Below, in pieces: positions 28,525 to 38,120 of a DNA stretch of 64,000 nt; position 1 is the stretch's first letter; the number at the start of each line of letters is the position of its first letter. The notes below the pieces were generated by a model, which was given only the letters and a program-made list of their open reading frames with translations, did no database searches and was not told the DNA's origin. This DNA is from an uncultured Spartobacteria bacterium (lineage in GTDB: Bacteria > Verrucomicrobiota > Verrucomicrobiia > Chthoniobacterales > UBA6821): NCBI GenBank assembly GCA_903847935.1, contig CAINEX010000003.1:13250-77249 (forward strand), written 5' to 3'. The position numbers and the translations under genes are program-made.

Positions 28525-28618
28525 CATGGATATCACCCCATAGAAAGGTTCGATGCTTTTGTCGGGTTTTTTGGACGGATCTAGCCATACTTTCCCTCTA
28601 AAAGTGACGCAATAGAGA

Positions 28619-31600
28619 GTGAACCCCAAAGAAACATCCCAAACAGAGCATCCTCCCGGGAGATCTTCCACACCTGCAGCGTGGGGAGCACTCGCCGTGA
28701 TGGCTATCCTTCTGGGGGTCTGGATTTTTTTTGAACCATTGGCCTGCGGAGTCCTTCATGCGGGTCTGACGTCTGCAAGTTGGTTACGCGGTGACCAATT
28801 GTCCGTGGGAAAACTGACGTATGCGGGGAATGGTATTTTTAGAGCGGATGAAGTAGAGTTCCTTTTTGGAACGATCGGCCATCGCAGTTCCTGGAAAAGC
28901 GAGCGGATGGAATTTCATCCCATCCACCTAATGGGAGTGCTCTTCCGTGGTAAAAATCAAAGCCTCCGCCTGATACGGGAGTTAAAAGTCAGCAAAAGTA
29001 AACTGCTTGTGGATTGCCGTGGGGCATCGGATAACGCCCATGGTGTGGCCAGGCTGCCATGGATTGAGACCGTCGTGAATCCAGCGAATTTCTTTCCGAG
29101 CGCCATCGAGGGCGGTCCCATCGACTTTGTGGTGATCGGCGATGCCTATCGATGTTCGCTCAGTGGATTGAGAATCTCCCTTCCTGACCGTTGGGCAGGG
29201 AAGGTGGCCTTCGATGAGGCCCAACTCGATATGGGAACCTGGCACGGGACCTTTTCGCATGGCGCGTCTCTGGCAGGCTGGGATGGAAACTCACTGCATC
29301 TGGAAAATTTGATCTTGAGTAAGGAAACTGCCCTCCGTGACGTGACGCTGACCTTGAAGGATGGTCGCGCCGATTTTGGAATCCGTGGAGCTATAGGCAA
29401 GGCATTGATCAGAGGTGATGGATCGGTTGGATCGCCCTCGCATCCTCATGCATTGGAACTCACGCTGGTGGGAGAGAATTTGCAACTCGGAGCACTGGCA
29501 GAACTCTTGGGTCAGGATCGGCGCGCTTCGGGGACGGTCGGACAGGCTCGTTTTACCTTCCGGGGTGATCCTGACAATCCGATGGAAGCGGACAGCTCGC
29601 TAAGGCTCGTTGCCAATAATTTTCGATGGGACGGCAGGGGCTGGGATTCGTTGAGACTTGCAGCCACGCTGACTGGTAGGAAGCTGACAGTCTCTGAGCT
29701 GAGCCTCCAGCAGGAGGATAATGTCCTGACCGGCAAGGGCCTTGTTAATCTCCCGCGTGACTGGCATGAAGCGCTCAAATCTCCTTTCACAGCCTTTTTC
29801 AGCGCGACGCTTGATGATGCCGGCGCCTTGGCATCTTTGGCTGGGCCGCAGTTTGCCACACTCTCTGGAGGTCTTGAGATGGAGGGTGAGATCCAGGGTG
29901 CTGATAATAAGGCGACGGGCCACGCCAATCTTCAGGGGGTGGGAATGAAAATACATGGATTGCCCGTGGACTGGATGAAAGGGGAAATTCAGTTCAAGGG
30001 AGACCACGTGGAGCTTACCCATCTGGAGGCATGGAGCGGCCAAGACAACATTTCGATGGAAGGAAGTGTTCAAAACAATCAGCCGCACGCCTACAAGGCA
30101 TCCGCGCAGATCAATGTTCACAACCTGACCAAGAGACTAGGACAAGTTGGGATCAAGACCGCAACCACGCTTGGCGCAGGCGCAGTGAAATGTTCCTGGC
30201 AAGGCGAGGGAACCAAGGACGCTCATTCGGGTTCTTTTCAAGCCCGGGTGACGGAATGGGTCAGTAAGTGGACTGCAACCGGAATGTCGGGATCTTTCGA
30301 AGGCATGTATTCCCCGGACTCACTCCGATTGACGAAAGCCGAGTTCTTGCAGGGGGAATTGAAACTAGCGCTTAAGCTGAATGCCACGGCGAAATCACTT
30401 GAAGCCGCGGAAATCAAAGCTACCCGAGGGGAGAAGGAAGCTCCACTCGTACAGGGAAGCATAATGCTCCCGATAGATGCCATGGATGTCTGGGAGAGCG
30501 GCGATGTCGTAAGAACACTTGATACGAGTGGGTCCTTTGCGATCAATCTTGCCTTGCGCGGCATCAAGGCCGAAGAAATCGAGGAACTTTTGGGTCAGCA
30601 AGTTCGTCTGACCGGATCGCTCGAAGGAGATCTCTCGGCCTCGGGTACCATGGAAAATCCAGAAATCCACGGCGAGCTGAAGATCGGCAGTTTCGTCTCG
30701 CTCCCGGGAGAAGCTCCTGCGGATCTCAATCTGACACTTAATGCCGTACGCGGAGAGTTCAAAGGGTCACTTTGTGAAGCGATCGGACAAAAGCCCCTGA
30801 TGCAGATGGAATTGGATGCGCCGATGCATGTGGTGAGAAATCAGGGAAGACTTCAGTTTGCGCAAGAGGCTGGTCCCGTACGCGGCAGCGCCAAGCTTCA
30901 ACAAGTTCCTCTTGAAGGCTGGGCTTCGTTGCTGGGTCTCACCGATTGGCCCTTCAAGGGTGCGATACTCGACGGATCCTGCACGCTGGGAGGAAGTGTT
31001 GAAAAGCCGACCTTCGATGGAGCCCTCATGATGAATGCCGACGAGGCAAGACTCATGGGCATGCAGTATCTGCGAAAACTTCGGCTGCCTCTCGCTCTGA
31101 AATCGAACCAAGCCCTCCTGGCTGGGGGCGTCGCTGATTACAATGGGAAGCCGCTCAATCTTACAGGAGAGTTGAATTGGAGCAAAGAGCATCAGGGGGG
31201 AAACCTCTTGATGAAGGGGGAAGCTCTTCCCATACCGCTTGGCGGGGATCTCTTGGGTGAGGGTGATACAGACCTGACGGTTTCCCTCAAACCAATCGAT
31301 AGGCCGGAGTTGACGGGTACAATCCTGCTAAAAACGATCACCGGAACCATCCCACTCCGATTGACACCCAGTTTCGTTCCCCCGGGAATTCGTGTGGTTG
31401 GCGAGAAGATACCGATGATCTCTTATCCCCCGGGGAGTGCTGGCAATGGGCAATTAAGCGTGAACATAAAGGTAATGACGCCGGGCTTTATCGCGCTCGG
31501 AACTCCTGCGGGAGATCAACATCATCCGGAAGGGCGGGAGTCGCCGCGCATCGCAGTAGATCTGACCGTGACCGGTGGAGCAGATGCAACGCAACTGGGA

Positions 31601-32032
31601 GGGACTGTTCAACTGCAGAATGGAACGATGGAACTCCCCTGCGGACCTTTTCAAGTCCCGCAGGCTAGCCTGATGATGGATGGCGGTGGGAGTTGGTTTC
31701 ATGCGTTGGCTTATGGCATGACCCAACGCGGGGAATGCATGCTGTCGATTTCCTCAACAGCCAATGAGGTGAACGTGGAGAGTACCGGCCCAACGGGCAT
31801 CACGGCTTCTGATCGCATACTGGCATTGGCCATACCTACCGCCGCTGGAGGAAAAGCGCCGCTCTTTAATCAGAGCTACGCCTGGATCCGCCAGGGTATG
31901 ATCTTTCCTGACCAGACAATGCTCAGAAACAACACGCTTGCAGAGTCAACCGAACCTGCTTCGCTTGGATTTTACGGATCGCCCTGGGTCTGGGGGATGT
32001 TGTGGAGCAAGGCGAGAACCGATAACCAATAA
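28619..32032 (+). CDS. TamB/AsmA-like large envelope protein (translocation and assembly module-like)
   Basis: 1137 aa. It has an N-terminal TM anchor, a long beta-rich repetitive body, and a C-terminal block (LGGTVQLQNGTMEL ... SISSTANEVNVESTGPTGITASDRILALAI) resembling DUF490/TamB. GTG start. Confidence 0.6.
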   Translation: MNPKETSQTEHPPGRSSTPAAWGALAVMAILLGVWIFFEPLACGVLHAGLTSASWLRGDQLSVGKLTYAGNGIFRADEVEFLFGTIGHRSSWKSERMEFHPIHLMGVLFRGKNQSLRLIRELKVSKSKLLVDCRGASDNAHGVARLPWIETVVNPANFFPSAIEGGPIDFVVIGDAYRCSLSGLRISLPDRWAGKVAFDEAQLDMGTWHGTFSHGASLAGWDGNSLHLENLILSKETALRDVTLTLKDGRADFGIRGAIGKALIRGDGSVGSPSHPHALELTLVGENLQLGALAELLGQDRRASGTVGQARFTFRGDPDNPMEADSSLRLVANNFRWDGRGWDSLRLAATLTGRKLTVSELSLQQEDNVLTGKGLVNLPRDWHEALKSPFTAFFSATLDDAGALASLAGPQFATLSGGLEMEGEIQGADNKATGHANLQGVGMKIHGLPVDWMKGEIQFKGDHVELTHLEAWSGQDNISMEGSVQNNQPHAYKASAQINVHNLTKRLGQVGIKTATTLGAGAVKCSWQGEGTKDAHSGSFQARVTEWVSKWTATGMSGSFEGMYSPDSLRLTKAEFLQGELKLALKLNATAKSLEAAEIKATRGEKEAPLVQGSIMLPIDAMDVWESGDVVRTLDTSGSFAINLALRGIKAEEIEELLGQQVRLTGSLEGDLSASGTMENPEIHGELKIGSFVSLPGEAPADLNLTLNAVRGEFKGSLCEAIGQKPLMQMELDAPMHVVRNQGRLQFAQEAGPVRGSAKLQQVPLEGWASLLGLTDWPFKGAILDGSCTLGGSVEKPTFDGALMMNADEARLMGMQYLRKLRLPLALKSNQALLAGGVADYNGKPLNLTGELNWSKEHQGGNLLMKGEALPIPLGGDLLGEGDTDLTVSLKPIDRPELTGTILLKTITGTIPLRLTPSFVPPGIRVVGEKIPMISYPPGSAGNGQLSVNIKVMTPGFIALGTPAGDQHHPEGRESPRIAVDLTVTGGADATQLGGTVQLQNGTMELPCGPFQVPQASLMMDGGGSWFHALAYGMTQRGECMLSISSTANEVNVESTGPTGITASDRILALAIPTAAGGKAPLFNQSYAWIRQGMIFPDQTMLRNNTLAESTEPASLGFYGSPWVWGMLWSKARTDNQ

Positions 32033-32038
32033 TGATTC

Positions 32039-32920
32039 ATGGAGAGCATGACCGGACATGGTCGCGGAAACGCGACAGCAGAAGGATGGAGGATCACGGT
32101 GGAATGCGGCTCCGTGAATAGAAAGGGTATCGAGATATCCGTTGCATTACCGAAGACGATCTCCACCCTTGAGCAAAAGATACGGGAAACCGTGCAAAAA
32201 AGAGTCAATCGTGGCCGGGTTAATATAACCGTCCTGCTGGAGAGTTCCGGCAGGAATACGGCGGGTCAAGGTGTTGTGGATCGGGAGGCCGCTCACAAAG
32301 CCCTCCAAGAAATGAAATCTCTTCAGGAGGCCCTCGCACTTCCCGGCGAGATCACCTTGGATTTACTCATGAGAGCTCCGGGTGTCCTGAGAACCCCGAT
32401 GGATGAGGTCCTTTCAGCGGAGGCGCTCTGGCCGTCTCTACAGGAGGCGCTCGTGCAGGCGTTGGATAAGATGTCCGCGATGCGCCGCAAGGAGGGGGTT
32501 CACCTCGTCACGGATCTCTTGAAAAGGGTGAAGATGCTGGAGACGCTTACCAAAGCGATCCGCGGTCGGGTCCCCGCTGTCCTGCGCCAACGCCGGGATC
32601 ACCTCAGGACTAGGCTGGAAGACCTCGGTCTTCCATTACCGGCCAATGATCCCGCACTGGCGCGGGAGTTGGCATTCATGGCCGAGCGAAGCGATATCAC
32701 CGAGGAACTCACCCGGCTTGATAGTCATTTTCTGCAATGCAGGGAGGCGCTGGAGGGCAAGGAACCTGCGGGACGAACACTTGATTACCTTGCCCAGGAG
32801 ATGTTCAGGGAGTTCAACACGCTGGGCAACAAGGCGGGTGATGCAGCCATCTCCCAACGGGTCGTGCAATCAAAGGCGGAACTTGATAGGATCCGCGAAC
32901 AGGTCGCAAACCTAGAGTAA
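32039..32920 (+). CDS. yicC: YicC-family stress-induced protein (endoribonuclease YicC-like)
   Basis: N-terminal SMTGHGRG and a C-terminal DUF1732-type block DITEELTRLDSHF...GRTLDYLAQEMFREFNTLGNKA. Confidence 0.85.
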   Translation: MESMTGHGRGNATAEGWRITVECGSVNRKGIEISVALPKTISTLEQKIRETVQKRVNRGRVNITVLLESSGRNTAGQGVVDREAAHKALQEMKSLQEALALPGEITLDLLMRAPGVLRTPMDEVLSAEALWPSLQEALVQALDKMSAMRRKEGVHLVTDLLKRVKMLETLTKAIRGRVPAVLRQRRDHLRTRLEDLGLPLPANDPALARELAFMAERSDITEELTRLDSHFLQCREALEGKEPAGRTLDYLAQEMFREFNTLGNKAGDAAISQRVVQSKAELDRIREQVANLE

Positions 32921-32925
32921 TCCCT

Positions 32926-33561
32926 GTGAGTAATCCATCGCACCAATTTCGCCGAACAGGCATCCTGTTCGTGATTTCCGCTCCTTCCGGAGCCGGCAAG
33001 ACAACCCTCTGCACGGCACTCCGTCAGAAGCCCGACTTTGTCTGGAGTGTCTCCTGTACTACGCGTCCTCCAAGGACCGGGGAGATTGACGGCGAGGATT
33101 ATCACTTTCTATCACGAGAAGAATTTACGCGGAGGTTGGGAGCGAATGAATTCCTGGAGCATGCCGAGGTGCACGGAAATCATTACGGAACGCTGAAGGG
33201 ACCCGTTCTCGAGAACCTGAACAACGGCATCGACGTGCTCCTCGATATTGATACCCACGGCGCAGACAACATCCGAGCCTGCGGAGACCCCATCATCCTT
33301 CAGGCCCTTGCCGATGTTTTCATCATGCCTCCCGAATTGGAGGAATTGCGGCGCCGGCTCATGCGACGAGGTACCGAGACGGCTGAACAGGTCGAGATCA
33401 GGATGAACAATGCCGCCCGTGAGATGGAATGCTGGCGCGATTATCGGTACACCATCATCAGCGGTTCCATGGAGGAGAACATTGAGAAGTTTCGTGCCGT
33501 CATGAGGGCTGAGCGATATCTCAGCCGTCGTATGAGCGTCGTGGCGGAGGGGGTGGTATGA
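32926..33561 (+). CDS. gmk: Guanylate kinase
   Basis: ISAPSGAGKTTL P-loop, SCTTRPPRTGEIDGEDYHF and EHAEVHGNHYGT motifs. GTG start. Confidence 0.92.
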   Translation: MSNPSHQFRRTGILFVISAPSGAGKTTLCTALRQKPDFVWSVSCTTRPPRTGEIDGEDYHFLSREEFTRRLGANEFLEHAEVHGNHYGTLKGPVLENLNNGIDVLLDIDTHGADNIRACGDPIILQALADVFIMPPELEELRRRLMRRGTETAEQVEIRMNNAAREMECWRDYRYTIISGSMEENIEKFRAVMRAERYLSRRMSVVAEGVV

Positions 33562-34124
33562 ACGGATTGCAGCAGACGATGGGTAAAACGATCATCCTTG
33601 GGGTGACCGGTTCCATCGCCGCGTACAAGGCGGCTGAGATCGTCAGCCAACTCCGTAAGGCAGGCCACGATGTCTTTGTCGTGATGACGCGGAGAGCCAC
33701 CGAATTCATCACACCGCTTACGCTCGCAACCCTCTCACGGAATCCCGTGCTTTGTGATCTCTCGGAAGAAAATGCAGGTGCCTGGAAGCCGGGACACATC
33801 GAGTTGGCGGATCGTGCTGATCTCCTGCTCATTGCTCCTGCCAGTGCGAACACGATCGCGCGCCTTGCTCACGGATTTTCGGATGACGCACTTGGATCGG
33901 TGGCACTCGCGACGCGCGCGCCACTGCTCATTGCTCCGGCGATGAATGGAAAAATGTGGGATCACCCCGCGACCAAAATGAATGTGGAGACATTGCGCGC
34001 CCGTGGAGCCGCATTTGTAGGGCCGGCAGAAGGAATGCTTGCCTGTGGTTATGAAGGCCTCGGAAGGCTCGCGGAGGTCACGGAGATCAGCGCACGCGCG
34101 GAAAAAATGATCGCGGCGCGGTAA
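33558..34124 (+). CDS. coaC: Phosphopantothenoylcysteine decarboxylase (stand-alone flavoprotein/CoaC domain)
   Basis: 188 aa. IILGVTGSIAAYKAAEIVSQL, APASANTIARLAHGFSDD and PAMNGKMW motifs. No CoaB domain is fused. The start overlaps the gmk stop (ATGA). Confidence 0.85.
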   Translation: MNGLQQTMGKTIILGVTGSIAAYKAAEIVSQLRKAGHDVFVVMTRRATEFITPLTLATLSRNPVLCDLSEENAGAWKPGHIELADRADLLLIAPASANTIARLAHGFSDDALGSVALATRAPLLIAPAMNGKMWDHPATKMNVETLRARGAAFVGPAEGMLACGYEGLGRLAEVTEISARAEKMIAAR

Positions 34125-34133
34125 GCGCAGAAT

Positions 34134-34157
34134 CTCTCCTCTCGTCCTCGAGGAGAG
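34134..34157 (+). terminator. Weak hairpin downstream of coaC (possible terminator)
   Basis: CTCTCCTC (34134-34141) pairs with GAGGAGAG (34150-34157). The T-run comes only after an intervening GCGGCAAAAA, so this is not a textbook terminator. Confidence 0.3.
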
Positions 34158-34184
34158 AGCGGCAAAAATTTTTCAGAAAATCCG

Positions 34185-34213
34185 TTGACGCATAACAGCA
34201 AGCAACTTATTCA
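34185..34213 (+). promoter_or_regulatory. Sigma70-like promoter candidate for the H1-like gene
   Basis: TTGACG (34185-34190), a 17-nt spacer, then TATTCA (34208-34213), about 70 nt upstream of the ATG. Confidence 0.35.
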
Positions 34214-34247
34214 CATTCAGCAGTGACTTATTCACAAACTTTTCACA
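34205..34247 (+). repeat. Direct repeats ACTTATTCACA x2 (21-bp period) plus a degenerate third copy ACTTTTCACA
   Basis: Exact 11-mers lie at 34205-34215 and 34226-34236, with a degenerate copy at 34238-34247. They overlap the putative -10 region and early leader. Confidence 0.6.
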
Positions 34248-34283
34248 CAAGCCGCCCATGCGGAACAAAGGAGGTGGATTGAA

Positions 34284-34475
34284 ATGCCCGTTAAGAAAAA
34301 AGCCCCAGCCAAAAAGGCTCCAGCTAAGAAAGTGGTTAAGAAGGCCGTAGCCAAGAAGGCTCCAGCCAAGAAAGTCGTCAAGAAGGCCGTAGCCAAAAAG
34401 GCTCCAGCCAAGAAGGTCGTTAAGAAGGCTCCTGCAAAGAAAGCCGTCAAGAAGGCCGTCGCAAAGAAGAAGTAA
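34284..34475 (+). CDS. Histone H1-like Lys/Ala-rich repeat protein (putative nucleoid protein)
   Basis: 63 aa made almost entirely of K, A, P and V in AKKAPAKKVVKKAV repeats. It has a strong RBS (AAAGGAGG, 10 nt upstream), a promoter-like element upstream and a strong intrinsic terminator downstream. Confidence 0.75.
   Translation: MPVKKKAPAKKAPAKKVVKKAVAKKAPAKKVVKKAVAKKAPAKKVVKKAPAKKAVKKAVAKKK
34311..34472 (+). repeat. In-frame 42-bp tandem repeat inside the H1-like gene
   Basis: The units at 34338-34379 and 34380-34421 differ at only 3 of 42 positions (AAGAAGGCCGTAGCCAA[G/A]AAGGCTCCAGCCAAGAA[A/G]GTCGT[C/T]). Partial units flank them on both sides. Confidence 0.85.
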
Positions 34476-34520
34476 GTATTCCTCCCGCCGGAACAACCTT
34501 TCGGCGACGAGCTAAAATCT

Positions 34521-34557
34521 TGGGGGAAGCGCCAAAAACGCTTCCCCCAATTTTTTT
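34521..34557 (+). terminator. Rho-independent terminator of the H1-like gene
   Basis: Perfect 10-bp GC-rich stem GGGGGAAGCG (34522-34531) / CGCTTCCCCC (34539-34548) with a 7-nt loop, followed by AATTTTTTT. Confidence 0.8.
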
Positions 34558-34637
34558 ACTCATCCCTGCAATCAAGGTTCGGTCAAAAAGGTCGTTCCTT
34601 ACTCGACCAAGTTCCCACCCTCCGGTAACTAATCTCC

Positions 34638-35393
34638 ATGGACGAATTGATACTCATCACCGCGCGCGACGCGGCCCTAGCTGCCGGCGGAATGATCCGG
34701 GGACACTTTGAGCAGAAACTGAATGTTGATGCCGCTGAGGCTCACGATATCAAACTGGAGCTCGACCGACGTTCCCAAGCATTGATTGAGTCCCTGATCC
34801 TCGGCGTCTTCCCCGACCATGCCATCTACGGTGAGGAGGGGATTCGTGGCGATCAACGTGCGGCTGACCAGTGGATCATCGACCCGATCGATGGAACGGT
34901 GAATTTTTTCTACGGTATCCCGCATTTCGCGGTTTCCATTGCCCATCGCCGCAACGGTGTTATCACGACAGGTGTTATCTACCAGCCGATGACCGAAGAA
35001 CTCTGGATTGCCTCACGCTCCACGGGACAGGTCACACGGAATGATCAACCGATCCGCGTCAGCAGCCGGTCAAAACTCGCCGATGCCATAGTGTCCGTTG
35101 GAGTTTCCAAGACCGAGGCTTCAATCGAGAAGGGACTACCGGTGCTCGGTGCGATGATGAAGGCCGCCCGGAAGACACGCATGATGGGAAGTGCCGCGCT
35201 CGACATTGCCTTTGTGGCCAGTGGGCGACTGGATGCCTACATCGAGAGCCAGATCAGCCTCTGGGATATTGCGGCCGGCATGCTCATGGTGGAACTTGCG
35301 GGGGGGAAGGTCGATCTGCGACCCCATGAGTCTGTTCCTGACAAATACTCCTGCGTGGCCTGCAGTGGCGCGATCGCCTTCGATCATCTTTAA
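34638..35393 (+). CDS. Inositol monophosphatase family protein (SuhB-like)
   Basis: IYGEEG and WIIDPIDGTVNFFYGIPHFAVSIA signature motifs, plus WDIAAG. Confidence 0.85.
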   Translation: MDELILITARDAALAAGGMIRGHFEQKLNVDAAEAHDIKLELDRRSQALIESLILGVFPDHAIYGEEGIRGDQRAADQWIIDPIDGTVNFFYGIPHFAVSIAHRRNGVITTGVIYQPMTEELWIASRSTGQVTRNDQPIRVSSRSKLADAIVSVGVSKTEASIEKGLPVLGAMMKAARKTRMMGSAALDIAFVASGRLDAYIESQISLWDIAAGMLMVELAGGKVDLRPHESVPDKYSCVACSGAIAFDHL

Positions 35394-35402
35394 ACACGTT
35401 CC

Positions 35403-35909
35403 ATGGCAAAAATTACCCGCAGCGGGATAGGCTATGACGTCCACCGGCTCGAGCAGGGCGAGGCACATCGTGCCCTCGTTCTTGGAGGGGTGGCGCTTCG
35501 TCATCCCCAGGGACTAACCCTCGCTGGTCACTCCGATGCGGATGTGCTCTGCCATGCGATCGCTGACGCCTTACTAGGAGCCGTGGGCCTGCAGGACATC
35601 GGCCACTATTTCCCGAATACGGAGCCATCACTCAAGGGCATCTCCAGCCTCGAGATCCTAAGGCGCGTGGCAGGCATCCTCGCCGAAGCGGGGGCCCGGG
35701 TGATCAATATTGATTCAACGCTTGTGGCCGAGGAACCCCGCATCGGACCATTTGTCCAAGAGATGAGGGAAAAGATCGCCGGAGCAATCGGGATCGATTC
35801 ATCCCGTATCGGAGTGAAGGCGACAACCAACGAGTGCCTTGGATTCCTTGGCCGCGGTGAGGGAATTGCCGCGCTAGCCACTGCTTCCGTGGAGACTACC
35901 GAGGAATAG
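35403..35909 (+). CDS. ispF: 2-C-methyl-D-erythritol 2,4-cyclodiphosphate synthase
   Basis: GIGYDVHRL and GHSDADVLCHAIADALLGA motifs. Confidence 0.93.
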   Translation: MAKITRSGIGYDVHRLEQGEAHRALVLGGVALRHPQGLTLAGHSDADVLCHAIADALLGAVGLQDIGHYFPNTEPSLKGISSLEILRRVAGILAEAGARVINIDSTLVAEEPRIGPFVQEMREKIAGAIGIDSSRIGVKATTNECLGFLGRGEGIAALATASVETTEE

Positions 35910-35923
35910 TCCCGGCCAAGAGC

Positions 35924-37339
35924 ATGTCGCTGCAGGTTCACAACACGCTCACGCGGACTCGCGAGGAGATCACTCCACGACACGGAGAAGGGCAAACACT
36001 CTCCCTCTACACCTGCGGGCCGACGGTTTATGCGCACGCGCACATCGGAAACTTCCGAGCCTACGTTTTCGAGGATCTGCTGCAGCGGCATCTTCAGGAA
36101 CGAGGCTTCATCGTCCGCCGAGTGATGAATCTCACCGACGTCGATGATAAGACGATCCGCGGCGCCCATGCCGCCGGGATCGCACTGGCTGATTACACCC
36201 GCCCCTTCAAGGAAGCCTTCTTTGAAGATGTCAAGACCCTCCGGCTCCTGCCTGCCGAGGCCTATCCCGCCGCGACCGATCCTGAACAAATCGCGCGAAT
36301 GATCGCCATGATCGCCATCCTGATGGAGAAGGGAAATGCTTATCAGGCCGAGGATGGATCCGTTTATTTCCGCATCGCCTCGTTTCCTGATTATGGGAGG
36401 CTGGCCCATGTTGACTTGGAGAACCAGCGAAGCGGGCAACGGGTCGCCAGCGACGAGTATGACAAGGAGGCCGTGGCCGACTTTGCACTCTGGAAAGCCT
36501 GGGTCCCCGAGGATGGCCCCGTTGGTTGGGAGAGTCCTTGGGGAAAAGGTCGCCCCGGATGGCATATCGAGTGCAGCGCCATGGCGACGGGACTGCTCGG
36601 CGAGACCATTGACATCCATTGCGGTGGCGTCGACAACATCTTCCCCCACCACGAAGCCGAGATTGCCCAGTGCGAATGCGCGGCCCATGGGGAGAAGCCG
36701 TTCGTCCGCTACTGGATGCACTGCGCGCACCTGATGGTCGAGGGTTCCAAGATGGCCAAATCGGCCGGTAACTTTTTTACCTTGCGCGATCTGCTCCAGA
36801 AAGGATGGACCGGCCGCGAAGTGCGTTATGCCCTGATTTCCGTCCACTATCGCGGTGCGCTCAATTTCACGATCGAGGGGCTCGGTTCGGCGCGCACCGC
36901 CCTTGGTCGTCTCGATGCCTGGCGCGCACGCTTGTACGAGACAGCAGGATCCGAAACAGCAGCGGAAAGACCAGATCCCGCGACCGAAGGATTTTTCTCC
37001 GCGCTCGATGATGATCTGAATATTTCCGCTGCCCTCGCTGTTCTCTTCGAGACACTGCGGGAGAGCAATCGCAGGATGGACATGGGGAATGAAGAAAAAC
37101 TCACGCCGGCGCAAGCCCGCGGACTGCTGAATTGGCTTGTCCGCGTGGATGGTGTCTTGGCCTTGGAAGCAGACTCCAGCACCACAATCCCAGCAGAGGT
37201 GGAGGAACTTGTTGCCGCCCGCGCCGCCGCCCGCACCGGGAAGGAGTGGAAGAAGAGCGACGAGATCCGAGATCAGATCGCCGCCTTGGGATGGATCGTG
37301 AAGGATACCAAGGACGGACAGAAGCTAACAAAAGCATGA
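35924..37339 (+). CDS. cysS: Cysteine--tRNA ligase
   Basis: HIGN (HIGH) motif in YAHAHIGNFRAYVFEDLL, KMAKSAGN (KMSKS), and WHIECSAM. Confidence 0.95.
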   Translation: MSLQVHNTLTRTREEITPRHGEGQTLSLYTCGPTVYAHAHIGNFRAYVFEDLLQRHLQERGFIVRRVMNLTDVDDKTIRGAHAAGIALADYTRPFKEAFFEDVKTLRLLPAEAYPAATDPEQIARMIAMIAILMEKGNAYQAEDGSVYFRIASFPDYGRLAHVDLENQRSGQRVASDEYDKEAVADFALWKAWVPEDGPVGWESPWGKGRPGWHIECSAMATGLLGETIDIHCGGVDNIFPHHEAEIAQCECAAHGEKPFVRYWMHCAHLMVEGSKMAKSAGNFFTLRDLLQKGWTGREVRYALISVHYRGALNFTIEGLGSARTALGRLDAWRARLYETAGSETAAERPDPATEGFFSALDDDLNISAALAVLFETLRESNRRMDMGNEEKLTPAQARGLLNWLVRVDGVLALEADSSTTIPAEVEELVAARAAARTGKEWKKSDEIRDQIAALGWIVKDTKDGQKLTKA

Positions 37340-37424
37340 TTCACAGGAATGAACGGGATTAAGGCGATGAGAAGCCAACTTTTCCTATCCCATTTATCCC
37401 CTTCATCGCTGTAAGGTATCCTCC

Positions 37425-38111
37425 ATGTTCGCGCCTGACGCCCTCCTCGATCTCGACCGTACTGAGCACAGTGTCATCTTCGAGAATGTCTCCCACGCGT
37501 GGGAGGGGCTCGCCAAGATCTCGACCTATCTCCAGTTCCGTCTGAAACCGGGTATCTATGGCAAGCTGATCGGCAAGCCCTTCATCAGCGGCGCCGTCTA
37601 CATCGGGCGTGGCACGATTATCGAGCATGGAGCCATGATCAAGGGGCCCGCTTGGATCGGCGAGGGATGCGAGATCCGTAATGGTGCCTACATCCGCGAG
37701 AATGTGGTCGTGGGTAACGGCGTCGTCCTCGGGAATTCCTGTGAGTTTAAGAATTGCCTCATCTTCGACGAGGCGCAGATCCCGCATTACAATTATGTCG
37801 GTGACTCCATCCTCGGATACAAAGCACACCTCGGTGCCGGCGCCATTCTCTCCAATGTTCGGCTCGACCATGCTCCGATCTCCGTGGTCACTTCGGAGGA
37901 ATCGATCGCCACAGGCCTTAAAAAATTCGGTGCCGTCATCGGTGACCGCGCCGAGATCGGATGCAACTCGGTGCTGAGCCCCGGGTCGATTATCGGTCGC
38001 GATACGATTATCTATCCGGGGACGTCATGGAGGGGAGTGTTGCCTTCCAATTCCATTGCCAAGATGGAGCCGCAGACGCTGCGCATCCTCCCCCGCCAGA
38101 CTCGGGATTAG
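37425..38111 (+). CDS. Left-handed beta-helix (hexapeptide-repeat) transferase, GlmU C-terminal-domain-like
   Basis: 228 aa of consecutive hexapeptide repeats (IGRGTIIEHGAMIKGPAWIGEGCEIRNGAYIRENVVVGNGVVLGN...). No nucleotidyltransferase domain is present. Confidence 0.65.
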   Translation: MFAPDALLDLDRTEHSVIFENVSHAWEGLAKISTYLQFRLKPGIYGKLIGKPFISGAVYIGRGTIIEHGAMIKGPAWIGEGCEIRNGAYIRENVVVGNGVVLGNSCEFKNCLIFDEAQIPHYNYVGDSILGYKAHLGAGAILSNVRLDHAPISVVTSEESIATGLKKFGAVIGDRAEIGCNSVLSPGSIIGRDTIIYPGTSWRGVLPSNSIAKMEPQTLRILPRQTRD

Positions 38112-38120
38112 GGAAGGCTT

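Noticed and set aside
34284-34475. Regular short repeats that might have indicated a CRISPR array or noncoding satellite.
   Set aside because: The repeats are contiguous with no spacers, in-frame, and encode a KA-rich protein with its own RBS and terminator. No CRISPR-like repeat-spacer organisation exists anywhere in the window.
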